DNA of 64,000 bases from Vicinamibacterales bacterium (GCA_040081265.1 JBEBGV010000001.1:28279-92278), one strand, 5' to 3'; numbered from the stretch's first letter, positions 9,703 through 18,277 are shown. Program-made: numbers and translations. The notes: generated by a model from the sequence alone, not told the origin.

Positions 9703-10119
9703 TCAGGTGTTACGCTTCGCAATGTAGACAATGGTGTACAGAACTGAGAGTCCCAATCCCCACGCGGCCTTTGTACGTCCCGCCCCGCCCAAAGACGCTG
9801 CCTTGGATAAGCCCAACGCACTGACAATGACGCCGGCGATCGGCAGCCCCCCGAACTCGTACAGGAAGATCGAAGCGATTCCGAGCCACATACCTGCCGC
9901 TGCCAACGTGTTCTTACGGGGCGGCATGGCGTCGCCGCCGACGATGATATCCACTCTCCCGTTCCTTCTCAGAACCGTGTGTCCGTCCGACGTCCCAGTC
10001 TTGAGTAGAGGCTGGTTATGATCCCGCGGGGCAAAATATACTCGCTTTCGGTCGCTTCGACCTCCAGTCCACCCAGCGGAAGGGTGAAGGGAAGAGCGCA
10101 AGAACCAGCGGAGCCTCAT
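9703..10119 (-). CDS. Small membrane protein, DUF4190-like C-terminus
   Basis: The C-terminal 74 aa (MPPRKNTLAAAGMWLGIASIFLYEFGGLPIAGVIVSALGL...) form two TM helices. The start is ambiguous (10119 or 9927). The upstream part of the track ORF runs through the att-like repeat and is unlikely to be coding. Confidence 0.5.
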   Translation of the reverse strand: MRLRWFLRSSLHPSAGWTGGRSDRKRVYFAPRDHNQPLLKTGTSDGHTVLRRNGRVDIIVGGDAMPPRKNTLAAAGMWLGIASIFLYEFGGLPIAGVIVSALGLSKAASLGGAGRTKAAWGLGLSVLYTIVYIAKRNT

Positions 10120-10308
10120 CGATCCTGTGGACGCGTAACTACGCTGCTTGAGTCGGTCCGCCTGCACCTGTTTTAGGAGGTAAATAATGGGTGTGGGCGC
10201 TGTGGAAATCGCTGCGCGATTCCCAAGGACTTGTGGGCGCGTCCTTGCGTCCATGGGTCCGGCAGGGTCCCCACCATTTTCCCCTCCGGTCTTGGACTCC
10301 CTGCCGCC

Positions 10309-10328
10309 GAATCCTTTCTTCCGCACCA
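10309..10328 (+). repeat. tRNA 3'-end fragment (att-like), copy 1
   Basis: GAATCCTTTCTTCCGCACCA reads as the end of a T-loop, the T-stem 3' arm, the acceptor 3' arm, discriminator A and CCA. No matching 5' half lies upstream. It is identical to 12129-12148. Confidence 0.7.
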
Positions 10329-10407
10329 TCACCACGAATGGCCAGCAAATGCTGGCCGTTTTTGTTTGGTAGCTAACGGATAGCTAACGGCGGCACGCGG
10401 CAGCAGA

Positions 10408-11121
10408 TCAGATGAGTCCGTTGGCCTTCGTTTGGTTGCAGCGACGGCATAGCAGCTGGATGTTTGCTTCCGTCGCGCTGCCTCCGCGTGAGTGTGGAAT
10501 GACGTGATCAAATTGCAATTCGTCGGTCGAGCTGCACTTGATGCACGCACCACCATCACGTGACCAAACGAGAAGTTTTACGTCGTCGGGAATTGCCGTT
10601 CGAATTCGCCCGCCGGTTCGCATCGTTTCGATGGCCTCGAAATTTGCGACTTGTTCCCTCAAGCGTTGAAACTCGCCGTCTACCTTGAACTGAGCGGCCT
10701 TTATTCGCAAGATTACTTCTGCGATTTCGGCGTTGCGTGGCTGACGTGACGTGAGCCAGATTGCACTTCGGTACAGCCAAAGCCAACGGCGGAGAAGACC
10801 ATCCTGCCATTCAAACTGCTCAAGGAGCGAGACTGGGGTCAGCGCCGACTCGTTGTGTGCTTCGAGTCCGATGAACGGCTGCAGCGGCACCGTCACTTCT
10901 CGGGCCGTTCCTCCTTCCCCGACAATGATCTCAACTCGGAAGCCCGGATGCGGCGCGTCTGGACAAGCCGGCAAGTTAAGCAAACAACTGACGACACTTC
11001 CCAAACTGAAGGTGTGGCCTGGTGGCGGTGTGAACTCCGTCACTAGTTCGTCGCCGTCAATGGCGAATATCTTGTCGACCGAAATAGCCATCCGATATCC
11101 GTTCGCTACCGGATTATGCAA
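10408..11121 (-). CDS. HNH endonuclease domain protein with an unknown N-terminal domain
   Basis: The C-terminus reads VWSRDGGACIKCSSTDELQFDHVIPHSRGGSATEANIQLLCRRCNQTK (HNH/ββα-Me motif). An alternative start is Met at 11091. Confidence 0.8.
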   Translation of the reverse strand: MHNPVANGYRMAISVDKIFAIDGDELVTEFTPPPGHTFSLGSVVSCLLNLPACPDAPHPGFRVEIIVGEGGTAREVTVPLQPFIGLEAHNESALTPVSLLEQFEWQDGLLRRWLWLYRSAIWLTSRQPRNAEIAEVILRIKAAQFKVDGEFQRLREQVANFEAIETMRTGGRIRTAIPDDVKLLVWSRDGGACIKCSSTDELQFDHVIPHSRGGSATEANIQLLCRRCNQTKANGLI

Positions 11122-11256
11122 ACCTCGGCATTTGATCGCAAGGGCTTGGCGGAAGTTCCCATCCGTACCGGTTTTGTTATCCCGCTCGTTGCCTCACTGC
11201 CCCGCCAGGCGGCTCATGATCGCGCCTGCCGTCAGCTGCAAGCCATGTTGGGCCGC

Positions 11257-11835
11257 TCACGGCTGTTCCATGTGCGACTTGATGAACTTTTTGTACGCCG
11301 CAACATTCGCCAACCGCAATCTGAAGCTTGCATGCAATGCGGTGGCGTTCGATGCCTTGCGAAAAGAATTTCGTCCGCAGCCGTCGAAGCCAACCTCGGA
11401 CATGGCCCCAGCACCGAGAGCCTCGCACCACGCTCGAATGTCGGCAACAAATCCGACGAGGTCCTTCCTGCTAAGGCCCTGCGCGGTAAGCTGCCCATGA
11501 AAGATCTTGTTCCGGTGCATCGTCGCAGCCGAAAGCCGGGCACGCAAGTGCGCGTATTTGGGTCCGACGAGTTGACTCACCGGAAGCGGGTACAGCGCAT
11601 CCCACCCCTTCAACAAGCCGTCGAAGTACACCTTCCTACTACTTTCGAGTTCGGCCCTCAGCGTCGGGACGGTCGCCTGGCTGCACCACGAATGCTGATA
11701 GACAAGAAATGTTACGAGCTTCCGGGCCTGCTTCTCGGCCTTGATTAGTGACAGCGCAAAGGCATCGACACCAAGAGTCTCTGCGCCTGAAGCTAGGACC
11801 ACATCGATAGTCTTGAACTCGTCCGCGATATTCAT
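11257..11835 (-). CDS. Hypothetical protein with a HEPN-type Rx4H motif (putative RNase)
   Basis: Start taken at MNIADEF (11835) within track ORF 11257..11913. The motif SAATMHRNKIFHGQL gives R-N-K-I-F-H, the Rx4-6H signature of HEPN domains, in an alpha-helical context. Confidence 0.55.
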   Translation of the reverse strand: MNIADEFKTIDVVLASGAETLGVDAFALSLIKAEKQARKLVTFLVYQHSWCSQATVPTLRAELESSRKVYFDGLLKGWDALYPLPVSQLVGPKYAHLRARLSAATMHRNKIFHGQLTAQGLSRKDLVGFVADIRAWCEALGAGAMSEVGFDGCGRNSFRKASNATALHASFRLRLANVAAYKKFIKSHMEQP

Positions 11836-12128
11836 GCGTTCTTGTCGGCCAACTAGTATTACGCCGACCGACCTATGTCGGCCGACCCTGCGAGGCTCGC
11901 AGGATAACGCCAAACCGGCCTCACCGGAACACGTCCGTAGCCGACGCCGTTTACGCGGTTACGCATCGCCGGAGCGTCAGTCTGGCACTGTCGGCTCCAG
12001 CGTTAGGTTAACGAACACGGCGATACGGCGCGATACGAGGCGGCACAATGGGCGCCAAAGACGCTAAATTCTCGGAATGAAATCACACGAAGTGGTAGAG
12101 ACGGATACCAGACGGTATCAACTCGGCG

Positions 12129-12148
12129 GAATCCTTTCTTCCGCACCA
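12129..12148 (+). repeat. tRNA 3'-end fragment (att-like), copy 2
   Basis: A perfect 20-nt copy of 10309-10328; the flanks diverge on both sides. Confidence 0.7.
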
Positions 12149-12238
12149 ACCCTCAAAACACCTAGCATTCGCTGGGTGTTCTGATCAGGATGCTCCCGGA
12201 TCGCTCCCGAACAGGTCGGCACGCAATACACTGGCGCG

Positions 12239-12967
12239 GTGGCGCTGTCGTCTAAGACTCTGTCCCGGCTCGCAGGCGTTCTGGAACGCACCTTCACTCA
12301 CGCGCAGCTCGATACTCTCTTTCTCGAATACGGCGTTCGACAGCGGGATCCGACCGAAGCCAACGCGAATAAACTCCGGCGCAGCGTCATTCTTGTCGAC
12401 GCTGTTCGAGCTACTCGTGAAGAGAAGAAAGCGACTCAGGATCTCTTGGAGTTGGCTGGCAGAACCTTGTTTACCAGCACTCCCGGACAAGAAGTAGATC
12501 TTCTCAGGGCAGCGCTCCGAGTCGATGGATTTGAATGGACTGGAGAAGAACTCGTCCCAAGCGAACCCGGACAAACGCCACTAGCTCCCGAACTGACCGC
12601 GTTGGAGCGACGACTCCAACAAATGGGCTTCAATGTCGCAGCGACGCACTACCGACAGGCGGTAGATAACTTCACGGATGGCAACTTTGAAGCTTGCAAT
12701 GGGCAGTTGCGGTCCTTTCAAGAAGACCTAGTTCGGGAGGCAGCACGACGACACGGTCAGCAACAGACAGCAGGCGTGGATGTCTGTCTTCAGCACCTTC
12801 GAAACAGCGGTCGGCTGGATGCGGAGGAATGGAACATTTTTCGATCGTTGTGGAATGGCATTCAGAACAACGGTCCGCACGCGGGACTGACTACAGAGGA
12901 GGAAGCTCGCTTTCGCCTTCACATGCTGACGGCCGCCGGTCGCTATCTATTGATCAAGATCGCTTAG
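12239..12967 (+). CDS. Hypothetical protein, possibly Abi-like (Abi_C/HEPN-like C-terminus, tentative)
   Basis: 242-aa ORF. The C-terminal LWNGIQNNGPHAGLTTEEEARFRLHMLTAAGRYLL resembles the xN..G.HG helix of abortive-infection C-terminal domains, but Q replaces the usual R. Confidence 0.4.
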   Translation: MALSSKTLSRLAGVLERTFTHAQLDTLFLEYGVRQRDPTEANANKLRRSVILVDAVRATREEKKATQDLLELAGRTLFTSTPGQEVDLLRAALRVDGFEWTGEELVPSEPGQTPLAPELTALERRLQQMGFNVAATHYRQAVDNFTDGNFEACNGQLRSFQEDLVREAARRHGQQQTAGVDVCLQHLRNSGRLDAEEWNIFRSLWNGIQNNGPHAGLTTEEEARFRLHMLTAAGRYLLIKIA

Positions 12968-13217
12968 CCACAGCGACATTTACTTTCGTCTCTTCTGGGC
13001 CATCGAGATTCTTCTCGCAAGAGTTTACTCCTGCGCGCGTCGGCCAGCGGCTCGGCCCGTTGACCTGTCCGGCGTAGTACACACCGTCGCGACAGGTGTA
13101 GAACATCATCGCGCGGGCGTACTCGGTGCCCTCGGGATACTTCAGGGTGACGCGGTGCCAGCCGCGACAGTGCGGACAGTGGATCTCGTCGTGCTCGTGC
13201 AGTCGCGGTCCGTGCAT
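12954..13217 (-). CDS. Small Cys/His-rich hypothetical protein (zinc-ribbon-like)
   Basis: 87 aa with HCPHCRGWH...YTCRDG. It is convergent with, and overlaps by 14 nt, the previous gene, and is divergent from the DUF4268 gene. Confidence 0.45.
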   Translation of the reverse strand: MHGPRLHEHDEIHCPHCRGWHRVTLKYPEGTEYARAMMFYTCRDGVYYAGQVNGPSRWPTRAGVNSCEKNLDGPEETKVNVAVAKRS

Positions 13218-13360
13218 GACGCATCAGACCGCGTGAGCGTGACAGGCGAGGTCATTCGGTGAAAGAGCGCGCACCGCATACAATCACCATCACCTTTTTG
13301 ACATTGCCGATCTCGACTCTTCTGGTTCGATCTCCCTTTGGACGACACGAGGGTTACTAG

Positions 13361-14347
13361 ATGGCACAGCAGATGTTAGGGCGTCTTGAACGAGTGGAAC
13401 TCCGAGACATCTGGATATCCGAAGCGTCAGACTTCACTCCATGGCTGGCACGACCGGAAAACCTTGCAGTCCTCGCCGAGACGCTCGCCATGGACTTGGA
13501 GCTGGAGGCTCAGGAGCGCGCCGTCGGTCCGTTTCGCGCCGATATTCTCTGCAAGGAAATCGGAACCGACAGATGGGTACTGATCGAAAATCAACTGGAA
13601 CGGACCGATCACAGTCATCTCGGCCAGCTTCTTACTTACGCGTCCGGGCTGGAGGCCGTCACCATTGTCTGGATCGCCGCCAAGTTCACTGAAGAACATC
13701 GGTCTACCCTGGACTGGCTGAATCGGATCACCGACAAAAGCTTCCGCTTCTTTGGCCTTGAAGTGGAGTTGTGGCGGATTGGCCAATCTCCCGCCGCACC
13801 GAAGTTCAACATCGTGTCGAAGCCGAATGACTGGTCCACGTCCGTCGCGAGCGCCGCCCGTGCGATTGATGATGCCGAGTTGTCGGAGACGCGCGTGATC
13901 CAGAAGGCGTATTGGGCCGCCCTCAATCCGGTACTGACTGCGGCCAAGGGACCGGTATCGGGCAACAGGAAGCCGCAGCCGGCATCCTGGATGAACTTTC
14001 CGATCGGGCGAATGGAGTTCCGGTTGAGTGCGAGTATGATTCGCTCGAAACGGCAAATTCGCGCCGAGCTCTACATCGCCGGCGATGACGCGAAGGCATT
14101 GTTTGCTTCCCTGAAACAGCAGAAAGACGCGATCGAAAGAGATCTGAGCTATCCGCTCGAATGGGAAGAATTGCCATCGAAGCGGGATTGCCGCGTGGCG
14201 TCATACCTTCAGGATGTGGATCCGGAGGACGAGACGGACTGGACACGTCAGCACGACTGGCTAACCCGACGCTTGAATGACTTTCATCGAGTATTCTCGC
14301 AGCGGGTCAGGACGCTGGATGTTGCTCAATTGCCCGAGGGCGACTAG
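13361..14347 (+). CDS. DUF4268 domain protein with an N-terminal PD-(D/E)xK-like nuclease fold
   Basis: 328 aa. The N-terminus FRADILCKEIGTDRWVLIENQLERTDHSHLGQLLTYASG is the characteristic D...E-x-Q/K nuclease-like core of this family. The C-terminal half is DUF4268-like (AYWAAL...NFPIGR...). Confidence 0.75.
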   Translation: MAQQMLGRLERVELRDIWISEASDFTPWLARPENLAVLAETLAMDLELEAQERAVGPFRADILCKEIGTDRWVLIENQLERTDHSHLGQLLTYASGLEAVTIVWIAAKFTEEHRSTLDWLNRITDKSFRFFGLEVELWRIGQSPAAPKFNIVSKPNDWSTSVASAARAIDDAELSETRVIQKAYWAALNPVLTAAKGPVSGNRKPQPASWMNFPIGRMEFRLSASMIRSKRQIRAELYIAGDDAKALFASLKQQKDAIERDLSYPLEWEELPSKRDCRVASYLQDVDPEDETDWTRQHDWLTRRLNDFHRVFSQRVRTLDVAQLPEGD

Positions 14348-14386
14348 CCGCTCGTCGCTCAAGCAGACTTCAGAGGCTTAATCATT

Positions 14387-14644
14387 TTGGATTTCTGGCA
14401 GGTCCATGGGTGGTTGTTTCTCTTAGCCGCGGCAGTGTTCCCACGGCTCGCGATGTTGTTCGCCGTAGCTGTGCCCTTCGGCTGGCTCGCATGGCTCGGC
14501 TGGGCTTTCGTGCCGCACTTTACCGTAGCGATTCTCGCGACCAGGTACTACTGGGACACCAATCCGATCCTGTGCGTTATTGCTTGGCTCTGCGCGTTCG
14601 GCGGGACGGCGGGAGAGGGCAAGATCGTCACTCACAAGCGCTGA
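14387..14644 (+). CDS. Small membrane protein
   Basis: 85-aa ORF (TTG start) with three hydrophobic helices, 39 nt downstream of the DUF4268 gene. Confidence 0.45.
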   Translation: MDFWQVHGWLFLLAAAVFPRLAMLFAVAVPFGWLAWLGWAFVPHFTVAILATRYYWDTNPILCVIAWLCAFGGTAGEGKIVTHKR

Positions 14645-15371
14645 GATCGGCGCACTACCGCATCGCTCGCGCCTTCCGCAGCCACATATCCCCATCCAGC
14701 ACGTCGGCGTAGAGACACCGTCGCGGGCTGCGGTCGAAATGCCACAACAGCAGGAGATGCGCGCTTAACCACGCCCGCCACGCGACGCGGTCCCCCATGC
14801 GCCGCGCGTAGAGCACCGCCGCGCACGCGGGCAGCAGATCGTCCGTGGTGCCATCCGGCGATAGCACCCCCGCTGCGCCGAACCGTGCCTCGTACGAATA
14901 CCGACTGCTCCTGATGTCGTTGCACGACGCAACCCTACGACATCCGGAACGGTGGTGCGGCCGAACCCGCCCATCCCCCGTCTCCAAAATGTCTCCACGA
15001 CCGAGGAGGATTCACGAGGACTCGAGCGGACGTGCGAAGACGAACCGAGCTGCATGTCGCCCGGCGCATCGCCGACGATACTCCTGCCTTGTTCGGAACT
15101 GTCCCCACGATTGTCCCTGAGACGCGCCAAACCAGCGCCGCCAGAGCCAACGCCAGCCAACTCGCTCGATCGGGGAAGTACAAAACAGTGAAGGATTTGC
15201 GAGGAAAATCGAAGATGTCCGAGAGGCGGATTTCCGTTTAGCAAACCGCCGCTTTCGGCCACTCAGCCACCTCACCGCGGGAGTCTCAGTATACGACAGG
15301 CGTCAGCTTCGCTGAGGAACACGAGGGCGTAGAATTGTGGTGGCGGGCGACGGCTCCGCAGCGGTCGCCTT

Positions 15372-16892
15372 ATGCCACACCCATCCCACTCCCCCGGACA
15401 CCATCGCGCCATTCTCGCCGGGATCGCCAGTCGCGCGATGGTCGAGCGCGGCCTTTTGCCCGCCTTCTCGGACGCTGCACTCGCCGAAGTCGCACGCCTG
15501 CAGACAGCAGCCCCATCGCGGCTGGCGGCCGGCTCCGGTGATTCTTCAATTCGGGATCTGACCGCGCTGCCCTGGGCCTCGATCGATAACGATGACTCCC
15601 GGGACCTCGACCAGCTGACGGTCGCCGAGATTCTTGCGACAGATGAGGTCGCCATCAAGGTCGCGATCGCCGACGTCGACACCCTCGTACCGGACGGCTC
15701 GGCCATCGACGCACATGCGCGACAGAACACCACCTCGGTCTATACGGCAGGCGGCATTTTCCCGATGCTGCCCGAAACGCTCTCGACCGACCTGACCTCG
15801 CTCAATCCCGGCGTTGAGCGTCTGGCTGTCGTGGTGGAATTCGTCGTGGCAGCCGACGGCTCGATTCCGCGCTCGGACATCTATCGGGCCCGGGTCCGCA
15901 ATCAGGCCAAGCTTGCCTACAACGGGGTGGCCGCGTGGCTCGACGGGACATCACCGGCGCCGGCTGCCGTGGCCACCGTTGACTCTCTATCCGAGAATCT
16001 GCAGGCCCAGGAGCGCGTCGCCAAGGCCCTCAGGAATCGACGTCACGTACAGGGAGCGCTGAGCCTGGACAGCCTGAGGGCTCGACCGGTCTTCGAGGGC
16101 GACCTCATCAGCCGGCTTGATATTGATCGAAAGAACCGCGCGACCGAGATCATCGAAGACTTCATGATTGCCGCCAACGGCGTCACGGCTCGATACCTCG
16201 CAGCACAACGCTTTCCGTCAATCCGGCGGGTCGTCCGCACGCCGAAGCGCTGGGATCGCATCGTGACGCTGGCGTTGACGCACGGCACGAGACTGCCGGC
16301 GCAACCCGACTCTGTTGCCCTCGACGCGTTTCTGGTGGCCTCACGCGCGACGGACCCGGAGCGGTTTCCCGACCTGTCCCTGTCCATCATCAAACTACTC
16401 GGGTCGGGCGAGTACGTTGCCGAACAGCCCGGCGTGACGCCGCCCGGGCACTTCGGTCTCGCCGTCAGAGATTACACACACTCGACCGCACCGAATCGGC
16501 GCTATCCAGACCTGGTGACGCAGCGTCTCCTGAAGGCCGCGATGGCGAGCCGCGCCGCGCCGTACGACTTTGAACAGCTCGACGTGCTGGCCCGGCACTT
16601 TACCGCGGCGGAAGATGCCGCCAGCAAGGTGGAACGTCAGGTGAGCAAGTCGGCGGCAGCCTTGCTGCTCGAATCACGAATCGGTGAGCGCTTTGACGCA
16701 CTCGTGACTGGTGCATCTGAAAAGGGCACGTGGGCGAGATTGCTGACCATCCCGGTCGAAGGACGACTGGTCCGTGGAAACGGTGCCGATGTCGGCGACC
16801 AGATTCGCGTCGAACTGGTCTCGGTCAACGTCGAACGAGGGTTTATCGATTTCGCATCGGTCACGACCGGTGCCCGATCCCGGCGCCCGTGA
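15372..16892 (+). CDS. RNB-domain 3'-5' exoribonuclease (RNase II/R family) with a C-terminal S1-like domain
   Basis: 506 aa. Contains SIDNDDSRDLDQ (RNB acidic motif) and TAPNRRYPDL (conserved RNB RRY motif). The C-terminal FDALVTGASEKGTWARL is S1-like. Confidence 0.85.
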   Translation: MPHPSHSPGHHRAILAGIASRAMVERGLLPAFSDAALAEVARLQTAAPSRLAAGSGDSSIRDLTALPWASIDNDDSRDLDQLTVAEILATDEVAIKVAIADVDTLVPDGSAIDAHARQNTTSVYTAGGIFPMLPETLSTDLTSLNPGVERLAVVVEFVVAADGSIPRSDIYRARVRNQAKLAYNGVAAWLDGTSPAPAAVATVDSLSENLQAQERVAKALRNRRHVQGALSLDSLRARPVFEGDLISRLDIDRKNRATEIIEDFMIAANGVTARYLAAQRFPSIRRVVRTPKRWDRIVTLALTHGTRLPAQPDSVALDAFLVASRATDPERFPDLSLSIIKLLGSGEYVAEQPGVTPPGHFGLAVRDYTHSTAPNRRYPDLVTQRLLKAAMASRAAPYDFEQLDVLARHFTAAEDAASKVERQVSKSAAALLLESRIGERFDALVTGASEKGTWARLLTIPVEGRLVRGNGADVGDQIRVELVSVNVERGFIDFASVTTGARSRRP

Positions 16893-18122
16893 TCAGCTGG
16901 CGCTGAGCAGAGAGCTCCGCGCCACGTCGGCCAGCCGTGGCAGCGCCTGCACCGGCAGACGCACCGTGAAACGGCTGCCCCGCCTGAGCCCGTCACTGGC
17001 CACGTCGACTCTCCCGCCGTGGAGCTCCGCCAGCCGCCGAACCAGGGTCAATCCCAGCCCCAGTCCACCGCGTGTCTTGTCGCGGGATTCCGACAACTGA
17101 ACCAGCGGTTCGAAAATACTCTGCAACCGCTCCGCCGGGATGCCGGCGCCATCGTCCTGAACGGTCACGATGGCATCGCTGCCTTCCGATGACACGGCGA
17201 TGTCGATGTGCCCCCTGTCGGGCGTGTACTTGGTGGCGTTGTCCACCAGGTTCGACACAATCTGCGCCAGTCGGACGGGATCCGCGTGAACGAAGATGGG
17301 GTCGTGGGTCAACCGCACGGTCATCACCTGCTGATGGCGCTCAACCTCGTCACGACGACCCTCGAGTGCGTCCTTCACGAACACACCCAGATCGAGCGAC
17401 TGCACTTTCAGTTCGAGCTTGCCACTCTGAATCCGTGCGACATCCAGCAGGTCGTCAACGAGACGATTCACGTGGAGACTCTGGCGACCGATCATCTCCA
17501 CGCTCTGCTGGATGGCGCGATCCTGACCAGCGCACGCCTTGAGAACCGCCGCCGCGGTGGTGAGCACTGACAGGGGATTGCGAAGTTCATGGCCCAGCGT
17601 TGCAATGAACTGGTCCTTCCGAGCCTCGCTGCGCGCCGCGACATCGCCGGCTCGCCAGACCTGCCAGGCAGACGACGCTAACAGCGTCAACACACCGAGG
17701 ACACGGACATCCTCACCGTCGAACCGGCGTGCGGGATCGTGACTGACAACCCAGAGAGTGCCCGCCAGCTTCCCGTGGTCGTGGATTGGCAGCACGAGTG
17801 TCTCCTCGATCAGCGAGGTATTCATTCGGGTGGGCGTCAACACGCCTGATCCCGCCGCCCACTCGAAACCGTCGGCAACGAGCAGGCTCACACCCGCACC
17901 ATCGGCGCGACAGAGGTCCACGACGACGTCTGTCAGCACCTGCAGGAGGGTCCCGGGACAGTCGGCAAGCGCAGCAACCAGCGTCTCAACCGCACGATGC
18001 TCCGCGGCAAAGTCGGGCGCACGATAGGCGCGCTGCCCGAGTCGGAGAGTCATGTCCACGTCGGCGAGGTTGAGCGCAAGCGGATTCGGGGGAATTGCGG
18101 TGGGATGATCAAGGCACTGCAT
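16893..18122 (-). CDS. GAF-domain sensor histidine kinase
   Basis: Contains the H-box FIATLGHELRNPL and an HATPase region (NLVDNATKYTP, DDGAGIP, GGLGLGLTLV). The start is set at MQCLDHP; the longer track ORF starts at 18248. Confidence 0.85.
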   Translation of the reverse strand: MQCLDHPTAIPPNPLALNLADVDMTLRLGQRAYRAPDFAAEHRAVETLVAALADCPGTLLQVLTDVVVDLCRADGAGVSLLVADGFEWAAGSGVLTPTRMNTSLIEETLVLPIHDHGKLAGTLWVVSHDPARRFDGEDVRVLGVLTLLASSAWQVWRAGDVAARSEARKDQFIATLGHELRNPLSVLTTAAAVLKACAGQDRAIQQSVEMIGRQSLHVNRLVDDLLDVARIQSGKLELKVQSLDLGVFVKDALEGRRDEVERHQQVMTVRLTHDPIFVHADPVRLAQIVSNLVDNATKYTPDRGHIDIAVSSEGSDAIVTVQDDGAGIPAERLQSIFEPLVQLSESRDKTRGGLGLGLTLVRRLAELHGGRVDVASDGLRRGSRFTVRLPVQALPRLADVARSSLLSAS

Positions 18123-18277
18123 GGTCTTCGTCCTGAGCGAGCATAGAACCTCTGCAGCACCGGCGATGTACCGTTTCGCACAAGGCACAGTCGTCTCGTC
18201 TGCCGGAACGGGGTGTTTCTGCCAGTGCGAGATTTTTCTGGCTGGCACAGCGACCCTTTGTGGGATAGAGCTGTTCC

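Larger units (their letters stand above)
1..12148. mobile_element. Putative integrated genomic island(s). The left end lies outside the window; two successive right ends are marked by copies of a 20-nt tRNA 3'-end fragment.
   Basis: Lower GC by eye than the rest of the window. Contains a serine recombinase, ParB-like genes, an IS630-like relic and HNH/HEPN genes. The direct repeat GAATCCTTTCTTCCGCACCA occurs at 10309-10328 and 12129-12148. No REP copies of the host-wide family occur here. Confidence 0.5.

Noticed and set aside
10309-12148. The possibility that the tRNA-like 20-mers are functional tRNA genes.
   Set aside because: Neither copy has a T-stem 5' arm, an anticodon arm or an acceptor 5' strand (GCGGAAG) upstream. 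They are 3'-end fragments only.
14650-15370. Several overlapping ORFs (e.g. 14655..14987(-), 14765..15262(-), 14952..15191(+)) in an otherwise gene-less stretch.
   Set aside because: None has a recognisable motif, and most translations are Arg/Gly/Ser-rich. The C-terminal part of 14655..14987 (…VLYARRMGDRVAWRAWLSAHLLLLWHF…) might be a gene remnant, but I cannot support a call.
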